The notes: generated by a model from the sequence alone, not told the origin. Numbered from the stretch's first letter, positions 32,296 to 42,471 are shown. The stretch is DNA of 64,000 bases from Diplonema japonicum (GCA_964019335.1 OZ025672.1:372001-436000); one strand, 5' to 3'. Made by a program: numbers and translations.

Positions 32296-35200
32296 CTAGA
32301 TGCTGTGGAACTCAGCAGCATTTGTAGTGGACTTCAGCTGCTGCTCATTCAGCTCCTGCAGGGCGTTTGAGGACAATCCTGTTGCTTCTTCCTTCCTCGC
32401 CTTCGCCCTGACGAGCATTGCGGCCGCGACGAGGCCCCCCACACAGAGAAGGCCCCCGAGAACACCTCCGATGATGGCTGCAAGGTTTGGGCTGTCGCTG
32501 TCGCTGGTCTTCTTCTTCTTCTCACCGTTGCTGCCTGCGTCGTAGCCCCCCTCGACCCACCACTCGTTCATCGAGACAACCCCGTCAAGCTCCTTCCTCT
32601 CGTAGGCCCCGTACAGCTTCTCCTTTTTCTCCGACTGCACCTCCACACCAACAACCGCACCCTCGTTGATCTCTGCCCCGAGCACCGCCCCTGCCCGCCC
32701 AGAGAGGTCGTACACATCGATGCACTTCGACGCAGCCCCGAAGGGATCCGCACAGTTTCCAAACGGGCACTCGCTGGCGGGGCACAGGTACTTCACCAGC
32801 ACCTTTGCAGCAGAGTCCTCCAACCCGTCCTTCACCATCTGCTCGAAGGTCGCTCGGTTGAAGTTCGCCACCCCGTTAGACAGCACGAAGGTCATCACCT
32901 CGCGTGCCTCGTCTGCCGCAGCTGAGGTCCCGAAGCACTTGTACTCCGAGGAAGGGTCACACATCCCAGACTGAGGAATGGACTTGCACTGGTCCCCGCC
33001 ACCCTGCATCGAGCTGCAGTAGGTGTCTGCCTGCTGCCATGACGGGCAGTTGCAGCGAGGAGCTGTCCCTGTCGCCGCCCCGAGCCCACGGGGGTCACGG
33101 GGAGTCTTCCCAAGGTCCCTGCAAGACCATCCGTTTCCGGGGCAAGTGTCAAGGCACTGCGCGTACCACCCGCTCTGCTCGAAGCAGGTGAGAGATCCCT
33201 CACAGCAGTACGGCGAAGCCGTGCACGCACCACTCTTCTTGATCATCTTGCTGCAGAGTCCGTGTGTTGGGAGGGTTGGTGCAGGTGGTGGTGGACCCCC
33301 GTTCAGCACACTGCAGTCCCATCCATTTTCGCATTTCGTGAGGCACTGTGCGTACCATTCGTTGTTCTTGAAGCATTGTGTTCCAGAGGGGCAGCAGTCC
33401 GGGCTGTGGGAAAGAATACTTTATAAAATACAACAACATACTTGTTGAGGCACGCATCGTACATTTTGCATTGCATCGAAGGTGCGACTGTTGCGGGCGG
33501 ATCTGTCTTCATCACAGGTGCCATCGTGTCAGGTGCATCTGTCTTCATCACAACAGGTGTGCCCGTCACAGGTGCATCAGTTGCAGGAGAATTGCTTGTC
33601 TTCGGTGCCTCAGTTGTGGGTGCCACAGTGTCATCTCGTTTCGGGGCCTCCGTGGTTGGCGAGTTCGTAATCGGTGAGTCCGTCTTCGGTGCATTGGTCG
33701 TTGGTGACTCCGTCTTCGGTGCTTCCGTTTTCGGGGAGTCTGTTTCAGGTGCTTCCGTTCTTGGAGTCATTGTCTGACCGGCCTTCGTCGCGGGTGCGTC
33801 TGTTGCTGGTACATCGGTCTTCGGTGGCATGGTCTCTGGTGCATCAGTTGCAGGGGCTCCCGTCTTTGGTGCACCAGTGACAGGGGAAGCTGTGGAAGGA
33901 GCTCCTGTTTTTGGTGCATTGGTGGCCGGTGAGGTGGTGTCAGGGGCATTCGTCTTCGCAGGAGTGCTCCCACAGGTGGGTGCATTCGCCTTGATGTAGT
34001 TCTTCAAGAAGGTCCCAGAGCAGCTCGTGTCGTCCCAAGACCCACTTGAGCAGGCACCAGGGTTCAACGCCGCCGAAACCTCACTCTTGTCAGCATAGCT
34101 CCACTGGGCCCAACTGATCTTGATCCCAAGAGAGCCAGCACTGTTGAAGGTGTCCAAGAACTTCTTCGTCTCAGGGAGGTACGGCCCACCGTCACCGCTA
34201 GCCATCGAGGTACCCCATTCCGTCACAAAGATCGGGATTTGAGAGGAGTAAGTCTCAACATTCGCAAGGAGACTCTGGTGGGAACCGGCATAGAAGTGGA
34301 AGGTGTACATCACGTTCCTTGGTTGGTCCACAGGGTCAGCTGCTGCCTTGTCGATCTCCTGACTCCAGGTGGGGGTCCCACAAATGATGATGGTCTCGGT
34401 GTCGATGCGGCGGATGGCTGAGATGATCTTGTTGTGGTACGACTTCACAGCAGGCCACTGCACACCATTGGGCTCGTTGGCAATCTCGTACAGGACATGC
34501 TTCTCGTTCTTGTAAAGGGTTGCCATCTCCTCGAAGAAGGCCTGTGCCCCGCTGTAGGTCACATCGTTCGGGTTCCCAGGGCTCAGCATGTGCCAGTCGA
34601 TTATGACATAGATCCCCAGCTCCTTGCACCACTGAACAATGTCCTTCACAGTCTGCTTCACACTGGGGTTCGAGGCATAGCCCCCTTCGCCAACGTACAT
34701 CGCAGCACGGAACAGGTTGATACCCCAGTTCTCGGTGAGGTGCTGAATCGAAGCCTTTGTGTAGCAGTTCGGGAACCAGTGGAGCCCGTGGCTGCTCATC
34801 CCCATCAACTGCACTGCGTTCCCAGATTCGTCCACAAGTTGCAAATTAGAAGGACCGCCAAGAGTGAGCTTCCCGTGACAGTCGACGAAGTTCCTGTTGT
34901 TCTTTGCAGGGGGGTTCGATGGGACACCAGAGGGCATCGCACAGCTGCTGCCGCCACCACCACCAGTGACAGGAGCAGGAGTCCTGGGTGGTGCATTGGT
35001 GGCTGGTGAGGTGGTGAGTCCAGGGACATTTGTGATGGGAGGAGTGTTCCCACAGGTGGGTGCATTCGCCTTGATGTAGTTCTTCAAGAAGGTCCCAGAG
35101 CAGCTCGTGTCGTCCCAAGACCCACTTGAGCAGGCACCAGGGTTCAACGCCGCCGAAACCTCACTCTTGTCAGCATAGCTCCACTGGGCCCAACTGATCT

Positions 35201-36245
35201 TGATCCCAAGAGAGCCAGCACTGTTGAAGGTGTCCAAGAACTTCTTCGTCTCAGGGAGGTACGGCCCACCGTCACCGCTAGCCATCGAGGTACCCCATTC
35301 CGTCACAAAGATCGGGATTTGAGAGGAGTAAGTCTCAACATTCGCAAGGAGACTCTGGTGGGAACCGGCATAGAAGTGGAAGGTGTACATCACGTTCCTT
35401 GGTTGGTCCACAGGGTCAGCTGCTGCCTTGTCGATCTCCTGACTCCAGGTGGGGGTCCCACAAATGATGATGGTCTCGGTGTCGATGCGGCGGATGGCTG
35501 AGATGATCTTGTTGTGGTACGACTTCACAGCAGGCCACTGCACACCATTGGGCTCGTTGGCAATCTCGTACAGGACATGCTTCTCGTTCTTGTAAAGGGT
35601 TGCCATCTCCTCGAAGAAGGCCTGTGCCCCGCTGTAGGTCGCGTCGTTCGGGTTCCCAGGGCTCAGCATGTGCCAGTCGACCATGACATAGATCCCCAGC
35701 TCCTTGCACCACTGAACAATGTCCTTCACAGTCTGCTTCACACTGGGGTTCGAGGCATAGCCCCCTTCGCCAACGTACATCGCAGCACGGAACAGGTTGA
35801 TACCCCAGTTCTCGGTGAGGTGCTGAATCGAAGCCTTTGTGTAGCAGTTCGGGAACCAGTGGAGCCCGTGGCTGCTCATCCCCATCAACTGCACTGCGTT
35901 CCCAGATTCGTCCACAAGTTGCAAATTAGAAGGGCCGCCAAGAGTGAGCTTCCCGTGACAGTCGACGAAGTTCCTGTTGTTCTTTGCAGGGGGGTTCGAT
36001 GGGACACCAGAGGGCATCGCACAGCTGCTGCCGCCACCACCACTTCCACCACCACCACCACCCCCTTGCCAGTTGCAGGAGTTCTTGGTCGGGCAGCAGC
36101 ACCTGCAGAAGCACTCGCTCCCGTCATCGGTCCCGCAGTTCGCCCCGTTGTTCGTCCACCCACAGTCACAACTCGAAGAGGCTCCAGGACAGGTACTTGC
36201 AGCAACAGCACAAAGCCCCAGAAGCACCAGGGCAAAGAGAGACAT
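32296..36245 (-). CDS. Paralogous membrane-anchored cellulase lacking GH45: signal peptide-Cys module-GH5-GH5-stalk-2x CBM1-like-TM; intron 33404-33441
   Basis: Near-identical to 26114-30175 at the DNA level, with the same intron; signal peptide MSLFALVLLGLCAVAA. Confidence 0.92.
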
Positions 36246-36384
36246 CTTGTCACTTCGCGCGGTCATGTGAAGCCCACAATATTGTATTTTAGTTGTTCGA
36301 GAAACTGAAATAAATAGTAGCAACTAGAAAGTTAAGTTCATCAAATACAAAAGAAATAGGTGTAAAAAATATCCGGAATAAACC

Positions 36385-36525
36385 TTACGACTTCTGGTAG
36401 GTGACAGTGTAGCCCGAGTTCTGAGCGGGAAGGTAAAGGTTACCAGGGAGGACGTTGTACGCCTGGTTGCCGGGAAGGGCGAAAGTGTACCCAGCACCGC
36501 CTTGAGGAGCCTGACCAGCCGGCAT
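36385..36525 (-). CDS. Micropeptide type A, copy 1 (46 aa: MPAGQAPQGGAGYTFALPGNQAYNVLPGNLYLPAQNSGYTVTYQKS)
   Basis: ATG-to-stop conserved unit; only synonymous differences seen among copies. Confidence 0.88.
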   Translation of the reverse strand: MPAGQAPQGGAGYTFALPGNQAYNVLPGNLYLPAQNSGYTVTYQKS

Positions 36526-36760
36526 ATTGAAGTATGTGCTTGTTGTGTAGATACTGGATTGGTGGATTTACTTTTATGGTTGTTTGGTGCTTGTAGACAA
36601 TGGTCTGCTAACGACGATGAGGGGGGTGGTGAACTAATGCAAGGACACAAGTTCTAAGCCGGTATGGAGTTCGGTTTGTGAGAAAAAAACAAAACAAAAT
36701 GCCGGTACACTTATTCAGTACAAGCTTATTTTAAAAAAATCAATCGAACCAGCAAAGTGC

Positions 36761-36848
36761 TCAGTAGACTCATCAGGTAGTTCTATTGTGTCTCACCAGC
36801 AGCCACAAGGGCTGTCTGCAGAACGCATGAAAATAGAAAGTATCATCA
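36761..36848 (-). ncRNA. Candidate box C/D snoRNA, copy 1
   Basis: Minus strand TGATGA (C)...CAGA (D')-CAGCC/GGCTG hairpin-TGGTGA (C')...CTGA (D), 88 nt; four near-identical copies. Confidence 0.7.
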
Positions 36849-36892
36849 GGGCTGTTCCATAAACAAGACCAAACTGCGCGACAATGACAACA

Positions 36893-36957
36893 TCGCAGAC
36901 ACATCAGGTCAGTAGCAACGAGGGCTACCTGGAGTACGCGTGAATATAGAATTATCA
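36893..36957 (-). ncRNA. Diverged, internally deleted paralog of the candidate C/D snoRNA
   Basis: TGATAA-TTCTATATTCACGCGTACTCCAGGTAGCCCTCGTTGCTACTG aligns to the snoRNA with a compensatory stem change. Confidence 0.45.
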
Positions 36958-37086
36958 AATTGATATTCACGCCAAGACAAACAAAAATCTCAGCAAAAAA
37001 AAAGAAAAAGCATTCAAAAATAACAAATTGAAACTTTATAAAAAATGTGTAAGTAAGCAATTCGCGAAGAAGTATCGATGGAGTAG

Positions 37087-37227
37087 TTACGACTTCTGGT
37101 AGGTGACAGTGTAGCCCGAGTTCTGAGCGGGAAGGTAAAGGTTACCAGGGAGGACGTTGTACGCTTGGTTGCCGGGAAGAGCGAAGGTGTACCCAGCACC
37201 GCCTTGGGGAGCCTGACCAGCCGGCAT
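37087..37227 (-). CDS. Micropeptide type A, copy 2
   Basis: Identical peptide; synonymous variants; ATGCAG acceptor-like site upstream. Confidence 0.88.
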   Translation of the reverse strand: MPAGQAPQGGAGYTFALPGNQAYNVLPGNLYLPAQNSGYTVTYQKS

Positions 37228-37405
37228 ATTTTTAGGTTTAGGTTTTGTGTCTGCATAATGAGTTAACTTTCAAAAGAACAAGAAAAAAACCACACAAAAA
37301 AAGGAAACGAAAACCATTAGAGTAAAGTGTAAAACAAAGAAGAATGTCTTTAGTTGCTTCTAAAAATCATTGATTTTTAGCAACAACAATGAAATTGACG
37401 CTCTA

Positions 37406-37555
37406 TCACGAGTTGTTGGAGTAAATAATGGAGTAGCCCTCAGAGTTACCAGGCAACTGGAGGTTCCCGGGGTTGATCACAACCTTTTGGTTTGCAGGAA
37501 GCGTGAAGGCGTAGCCACCAGGACGGGGTGCTGCGATACCTTGGCCGACGGGCAT
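37406..37555 (-). CDS. Micropeptide type B, copy 1 (49 aa: MPVGQGIAAPRPGGYAFTLPANQKVVINPGNLQLPGNSEGYSIIYSNNS)
   Basis: ATG-to-stop conserved unit; only synonymous differences seen among copies. Confidence 0.88.
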   Translation of the reverse strand: MPVGQGIAAPRPGGYAFTLPANQKVVINPGNLQLPGNSEGYSIIYSNNS

Positions 37556-37690
37556 TTTCTTCTTTGTTTAAGTTTGTGCTTTGTGTTGTGTAAATCCTTT
37601 TGAAACAAGGTACAATTCGAAGGTAGTGTATGTAAAGCAGAAAGAAATAAAGTGTAAAACTAATGTGTGAAGATATAGGACTGCCGCATT

Positions 37691-37831
37691 TTACGACTTC
37701 TGGTAGGTGACAGTGTAGCCCGAGTTCTGAGCGGGAAGGTAAAGGTTACCAGGGAGGACGTTGTACGCCTGGTTGCCGGGAAGGGCGAAAGTGTACCCAG
37801 CACCGCCTTGAGGGGCCTGACCAGCCGGCAT
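37691..37831 (-). CDS. Micropeptide type A, copy 3
   Basis: Identical peptide. Confidence 0.88.
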   Translation of the reverse strand: MPAGQAPQGGAGYTFALPGNQAYNVLPGNLYLPAQNSGYTVTYQKS

Positions 37832-37946
37832 ATTAGGTTTTTGTAGTGTGTGTAATATTTGCTGAAAGGTCTTGCCACCGGGCGTATGTGAAAAAAGAAT
37901 AAAATATTACTGTGTAAGATATAAGTTTTGTGTTGTGCGGTGTCTT

Positions 37947-38096
37947 CTAAGAGTTGTTGGAGTAAATAATGGAGTAGCCCTCAGAGTTACCAGGCAACTG
38001 AAGGTTCCCGGGGTTGATCACAACCTTCTGGTTTGCAGGAAGCGTGAAGGCGTAGCCACCAGGACGGGGTGCTGCGATACCTTGGCCGACGGGCAT
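37947..38096 (-). CDS. Micropeptide type B, copy 2
   Basis: Identical peptide; TAG stop. Confidence 0.88.
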   Translation of the reverse strand: MPVGQGIAAPRPGGYAFTLPANQKVVINPGNLQLPGNSEGYSIIYSNNS

Positions 38097-38203
38097 TTTT
38101 TTTTAGAATCAAGAGACACCTGTGTTACTTTTTACACTGGGGTTCAGAGGGCAAAAAAGCTACAGAATAAAGTGTAACATAATTACTCAACAGTGCGGTG
38201 AAC

Positions 38204-38353
38204 CTACGAGTTGTTGGAGTAAATAATGGAGTAGCCCTCAGAGTTACCAGGCAACTGAAGGTTACCGGGGTTGATCACAACCTTTTGGTTTGCAGGAAGC
38301 GTGAAGGCGTAGCCACCAGGACGGGGTGCTGCGATACCTTGGCCGACGGGCAT
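38204..38353 (-). CDS. Micropeptide type B, copy 3
   Basis: Identical peptide. Confidence 0.88.
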   Translation of the reverse strand: MPVGQGIAAPRPGGYAFTLPANQKVVINPGNLQLPGNSEGYSIIYSNNS

Positions 38354-38550
38354 TTTATTTTTCTTCTTTTTTTTATATTTTGTGTAAGTAGAATGAAAAG
38401 TGTGCTGTAATAAGTAAAACAATGAGTGCTCTGAGCACAGTGCTTCCGTGTTGTATTAAAGTTGGCAACACGTGTTGCAGACCACTTCATTACCACAAAA
38501 GAAAGTTGAATGGGCAACAATACATTACACATTAGAACAGGAAACACAGC

Positions 38551-38638
38551 TCAGTAGACTCATCAGGTAGTTCTATTGTGTCTCACCAGCAGCCACAAGG
38601 GCTGTCTGCAGAACGCATGAAAATAGAAAGTATCATCA
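38551..38638 (-). ncRNA. Candidate box C/D snoRNA, copy 2
   Basis: Canonical ATGATGA C box here; identical core; CTGA D box. Confidence 0.7.
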
Positions 38639-38961
38639 TTGGTACCGTCGAAGTTATCTTCTCGCTAAACCACTGCAGACATGCAGTGAAGGGACTTCAC
38701 CTTTGGTTCTCACAGTGAGCGAAGCCGCCCTTCAAGGGCTCTACAAGAGTCCTAATAGGTTTGCATTGGTCCAGGGTAGTACTGTGGACAAGGCTTTGGA
38801 AGAGCTAGCTGGTCCTCGCTATAGGACGACGGAATAAAGAAAAAAGGAAGAACGAGTGAATATAAAAAAAAAAAAAAAACTAAAGAGTACAGAGGCAGCT
38901 AGGCTGCCGGAGTTGCACTTGTTTTTTAATGTGTAAGTTGTGCCATCTATAATATTTGATG

Positions 38962-39102
38962 CTACGACTTCTGGTAGGTGACAGTGTAGCCCGAGTTCTG
39001 AGCGGGAAGGTAAAGGTTACCAGGGAGGACGTTGTACGCCTGGTTGCCGGGAAGAGCGAAGGTGTACCCAGCACCGCCTTGAGGAGCCTGACCAGCCGGC
39101 AT
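38962..39102 (-). CDS. Micropeptide type A, copy 4
   Basis: Identical peptide; TAG stop. Confidence 0.88.
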   Translation of the reverse strand: MPAGQAPQGGAGYTFALPGNQAYNVLPGNLYLPAQNSGYTVTYQKS

Positions 39103-39224
39103 AGTATTGCTTGCTTTTGTTGTGTAAATCCTTTTGAAACAAGTTAAAACGTTTGGAAGCATTTCATGCTAAATAGAAAGAACAAGTGTAAAACTAATGT
39201 GTGAAGATATAGGACTGCTGCAGC

Positions 39225-39365
39225 TTACGACTTCTGGTAGGTGACAGTGTAGCCCGAGTTCTGAGCGGGAAGGTAAAGGTTACCAGGGAGGACGTTGTAC
39301 GCCTGGTTGCCGGGAAGAGCGAAGGTGTACCCAGCACCGCCTTGGGGAGCCTGACCAGCCGGCAT
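39225..39365 (-). CDS. Micropeptide type A, copy 5
   Basis: Identical peptide. Confidence 0.88.
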   Translation of the reverse strand: MPAGQAPQGGAGYTFALPGNQAYNVLPGNLYLPAQNSGYTVTYQKS

Positions 39366-39463
39366 ATTAGGTTTTTGTTTTGTGTATTTAGTGTCTGTGA
39401 AAGAGTAGAAACAATCGAAGGCCCAAAGTGAAATAGAACTAATGTGTAAATAGCCACCACCCA

Positions 39464-39613
39464 TCACGAGTTGTTGGAGTAAATAATGGAGTAGCCCTCA
39501 GAGTTACCAGGCAACTGAAGGTTACCGGGGTTGATCACAACTTTCTGGTTCGCAGGAAGCGTGAAGGCGTAGCCACCAGGACGGGGTGCTGCGATACCTT
39601 GGCCGACGGGCAT
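39464..39613 (-). CDS. Micropeptide type B, copy 4
   Basis: Identical peptide; synonymous AAA/GCG variants. Confidence 0.88.
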   Translation of the reverse strand: MPVGQGIAAPRPGGYAFTLPANQKVVINPGNLQLPGNSEGYSIIYSNNS

Positions 39614-39737
39614 TTTGATTTTACTTTTGTTTAGTGTACACTGTGTAGGTATAATGTCAAGACGAGGGGTAGAATAATAAATGTAAATAATTTGTGTATG
39701 TTACTTAAAATACCAACCGTGAGCTGCCATACACAGC

Positions 39738-39878
39738 TCACGACTTCTGGTAGGTGACAGTGTAGCCCGAGTTCTGAGCGGGAAGGTAAAGGTTACCAGG
39801 GAGGACGTTGTACGCCTGGTTGCCGGGAAGAGCGAAGGTGTACCCAGCACCGCCTTGGGGAGCCTGACCAGCCGGCAT
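39738..39878 (-). CDS. Micropeptide type A, copy 6
   Basis: Identical peptide; TGA stop. Confidence 0.88.
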   Translation of the reverse strand: MPAGQAPQGGAGYTFALPGNQAYNVLPGNLYLPAQNSGYTVTYQKS

Positions 39879-39982
39879 ATTAAGAATCGGTTTAGTGTGT
39901 GACTGTTGTAATGTACTCGAATACGTAAAAAGAATAAAAAGAAATGTGGAAAAGTAACTGTGTAGCTTCACTTCCAACCCCA

Positions 39983-40132
39983 TCACGAGTTGTTCGAGTA
40001 GATAATGGAGTAGCCCTCAGAGTTACCAGGAAGCTGAAGGTTACCGGGGTTGATCACTACCTTCTGGTTTGCAGGAAGCGTGAAGGCGTAGCCACCAGGA
40101 CGGGGTGCTGCGATACCTTGGCCGACGGGCAT
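39983..40132 (-). CDS. Micropeptide type B, copy 5
   Basis: Most divergent B at the DNA level (TCG, ATC, CTT, GTA codons) yet identical peptide. Confidence 0.9.
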   Translation of the reverse strand: MPVGQGIAAPRPGGYAFTLPANQKVVINPGNLQLPGNSEGYSIIYSNNS

Positions 40133-40251
40133 TTTATTCGTGTTTTGTGTTGTGTAAATCCTTTGAAACACGGTAACGGAAAGAAATATAGTGTAAAACA
40201 GAAATAAATAAAGTGTAAAACTAATGTGTGAAGACATAGAACTGTCGCAGC

Positions 40252-40392
40252 TTACGACTTCTGGTAGGTGACAGTGTAGCCCGAGTTCTGAGCGGGAAGG
40301 TAAAGGTTACCAGGGAGGACGTTGTACGCCTGGTTGCCGGGAAGGGCGAAGGTGTACCCAGCACCGCCTTGAGGAGCCTGACCAGCCGGCAT
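40252..40392 (-). CDS. Micropeptide type A, copy 7
   Basis: Identical peptide. Confidence 0.88.
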   Translation of the reverse strand: MPAGQAPQGGAGYTFALPGNQAYNVLPGNLYLPAQNSGYTVTYQKS

Positions 40393-40497
40393 ATTTTTAA
40401 GTTTAGGTTTTGTGTCTGAAGTAATATAATTACAACCCAAGTAAAAGAAAGACGAAGTAAATAATAAGTGTAAAGGTCAAGCGCTCTGTGCATCACC

Positions 40498-40647
40498 CTA
40501 CGAGTTGTTGGAGTAAATAATGGAGTAGCCCTCAGAGTTACCAGGCAACTGAAGGTTACCGGGGTTGATCACAACCTTCTGGTTTGCAGGAAGCGTGAAG
40601 GCGTAGCCACCAGGACGGGGTGCTGCGATACCTTGGCCGACGGGCAT
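40498..40647 (-). CDS. Micropeptide type B, copy 6
   Basis: Identical peptide. Confidence 0.88.
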   Translation of the reverse strand: MPVGQGIAAPRPGGYAFTLPANQKVVINPGNLQLPGNSEGYSIIYSNNS

Positions 40648-40760
40648 TATTAGTGTTTTCTTTTTGTGTAAGTTGCTTCTGAAAACATTGCGCAAAGTAC
40701 TCTACTAAAGAAACAAATTCTTGACTTGTTTAAATGTGTAAAGGGAGGTTCGTTTGTGTC

Positions 40761-40910
40761 CTATGAGTTGTTGGAGTAAATAATGGAGTAGCCCTCAGAG
40801 TTACCAGGCAACTGGAGGTTCCCGGGGTTGATCACAACCTTCTGGTTTGCAGGAAGAGTGAAGGCGTAGCCACCAGGACGGGGTGCTGCGATACCTTGGC
40901 CGACGGGCAT
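40761..40910 (-). CDS. Micropeptide type B, copy 7
   Basis: Identical peptide; synonymous ACT/TCA variants. Confidence 0.88.
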   Translation of the reverse strand: MPVGQGIAAPRPGGYAFTLPANQKVVINPGNLQLPGNSEGYSIIYSNNS

Positions 40911-41048
40911 TTTGTGTTTGTTTTCGTGTGTATCTGTTAGGTTTATAGACGAGATAACGGGGGGGAGGGGGGGACTGTAACAATAGTGCCATTTCTCAAG
41001 TGTAAGGTGGAGGACTCCAAGCTGCTTGTGTGTGTCTCGCATTCATGC

Positions 41049-41198
41049 CTACGAGTTGTTGGAGTAAATAATGGAGTAGCCCTCAGAGTTACCAGGCAAC
41101 TGAAGGTTACCGGGGTTGATCACAACCTTCTGGTTTGCAGGAAGCGTGAAGGCGTAGCCACCAGGACGGGGTGCTGCGATACCTTGGCCGACGGGCAT
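41049..41198 (-). CDS. Micropeptide type B, copy 8
   Basis: Identical peptide. Confidence 0.88.
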   Translation of the reverse strand: MPVGQGIAAPRPGGYAFTLPANQKVVINPGNLQLPGNSEGYSIIYSNNS

Positions 41199-41314
41199 TT
41201 TTTTTATGTGTATATCTTTTAAACTAATGAACGAGAAATAGAGGGGAAATAACTAACAGTGCCATTTTTCAAGTGTGAGGTGGAGGGCAACCGAGCTGCT
41301 TGTGTGCTCACATT

Positions 41315-41464
41315 CTACGAGTTGTTGGAGTAGATAATGGAGTAGCCCTCAGAGTTACCAGGCAACTGGAGGTTACCGGGGTTGATCACAACTTTCTGGT
41401 TTGCAGGAAGCGTGAAGGCGTAGCCACCAGGACGGGGTGCTGCGATACCTTGGCCGACGGGCAT
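41315..41464 (-). CDS. Micropeptide type B, copy 9
   Basis: Identical peptide. Confidence 0.88.
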   Translation of the reverse strand: MPVGQGIAAPRPGGYAFTLPANQKVVINPGNLQLPGNSEGYSIIYSNNS

Positions 41465-41598
41465 TTTCTTCTTTGTTTAAGTTTGTGTTTTGTGTTGTGT
41501 AAATCCTTTTGAAACAAGTTACGTCCAGAGACATTGCATGTAAAACAGAAAGAAAAAAAGTGTAAAACTAATGTGTGAAGATATAGGACTGCCGCATT

Positions 41599-41739
41599 TT
41601 ACGACTTCTGGTAGGTGACAGTGTAGCCCGAGTTCTGAGCGGGAAGGTAAAGGTTACCAGGGAGGACGTTGTACGCCTGGTTGCCGGGAAGAGCGAAGGT
41701 GTACCCAGCACCGCCTTGGGGAGCCTGACCAGCCGGCAT
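41599..41739 (-). CDS. Micropeptide type A, copy 8
   Basis: Identical peptide. Confidence 0.88.
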   Translation of the reverse strand: MPAGQAPQGGAGYTFALPGNQAYNVLPGNLYLPAQNSGYTVTYQKS

Positions 41740-41864
41740 ATTAAGTTTTTGTTTTGTGTATCTGTTGTGGTGTTAGCCCGAGATCGGGACTCGAGTGTGA
41801 AGGTCGGAAACAAACCATTGGGAACTAGTAATAATGTGTAAAGCAATGCGGAAAACAATCAAAC

Positions 41865-42005
41865 CTACGACTTCTGGTAGGTGACAGTGTAGCCCGAGTT
41901 CTGAGCAGGAAGGTAAAGGTTACCAGGGAGGACGTTGTACGCCTGGTTGCCGGGAAGGGCGAAGGTGTACCCAGCACCGCCTTGGGGAGCCTGACCAGCC
42001 GGCAT
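41865..42005 (-). CDS. Micropeptide type A, copy 9
   Basis: Identical peptide; synonymous CCT variant. Confidence 0.88.
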   Translation of the reverse strand: MPAGQAPQGGAGYTFALPGNQAYNVLPGNLYLPAQNSGYTVTYQKS

Positions 42006-42135
42006 ATTTGAAGTTTTTTTTTTTTTTTTTTGGTTTTTGTGTTGTGACTGTTGCACTGTACAATACATTAAAACAGAATTCAAGAAATAAATTACTGTGG
42101 AATAGTATAACTGTGTAGCTTCACTGCCAACCCCA

Positions 42136-42285
42136 TCACGAGTTGTTGGAGTAAATAATGGAGTAGCCCTCAGAGTTACCAGGCAACTGAAGGTTACCGG
42201 GGTTGATCACAACCTTCTGGTTTGCAGGAAGCGTGAAGGCGTAGCCACCAGGACGGGGTGCTGCGATACCTTGGCCGACGGGCAT
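42136..42285 (-). CDS. Micropeptide type B, copy 10
   Basis: Identical peptide. Confidence 0.88.
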   Translation of the reverse strand: MPVGQGIAAPRPGGYAFTLPANQKVVINPGNLQLPGNSEGYSIIYSNNS

Positions 42286-42384
42286 TTTATTTTCTTTTTT
42301 TTTTGTGTACGAAACGAAAGGTTCTGTTGTGTTGATGTACTACTTGGTGACCACAAAGGCTTCATGGCTAGCGGGACATACAGC

Positions 42385-42471
42385 TCAGTAGACTCATCAG
42401 GTAGTTCTATTGTGTCTCACCAGCAGCCACAAGGGCTGTCTGCAGAACGCATGAAAATAGAAGTATCATCA
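42385..42471 (-). ncRNA. Candidate box C/D snoRNA, copy 3
   Basis: Same core with a 1-nt deletion; flanked by an ACAGC/GCTGT terminal stem. Confidence 0.72.

Noticed and set aside
36761-36848. Spliced-leader RNA or tRNA identity for the 88-nt repeat
   Set aside because: No recognisable SL exon/GT donor pattern or cloverleaf; C/D box geometry fits better
42325-42382. Possible single-hairpin H/ACA-like RNA beside snoRNA copy 3
   Set aside because: Pairing is weak and the AGA box is not at a convincing position
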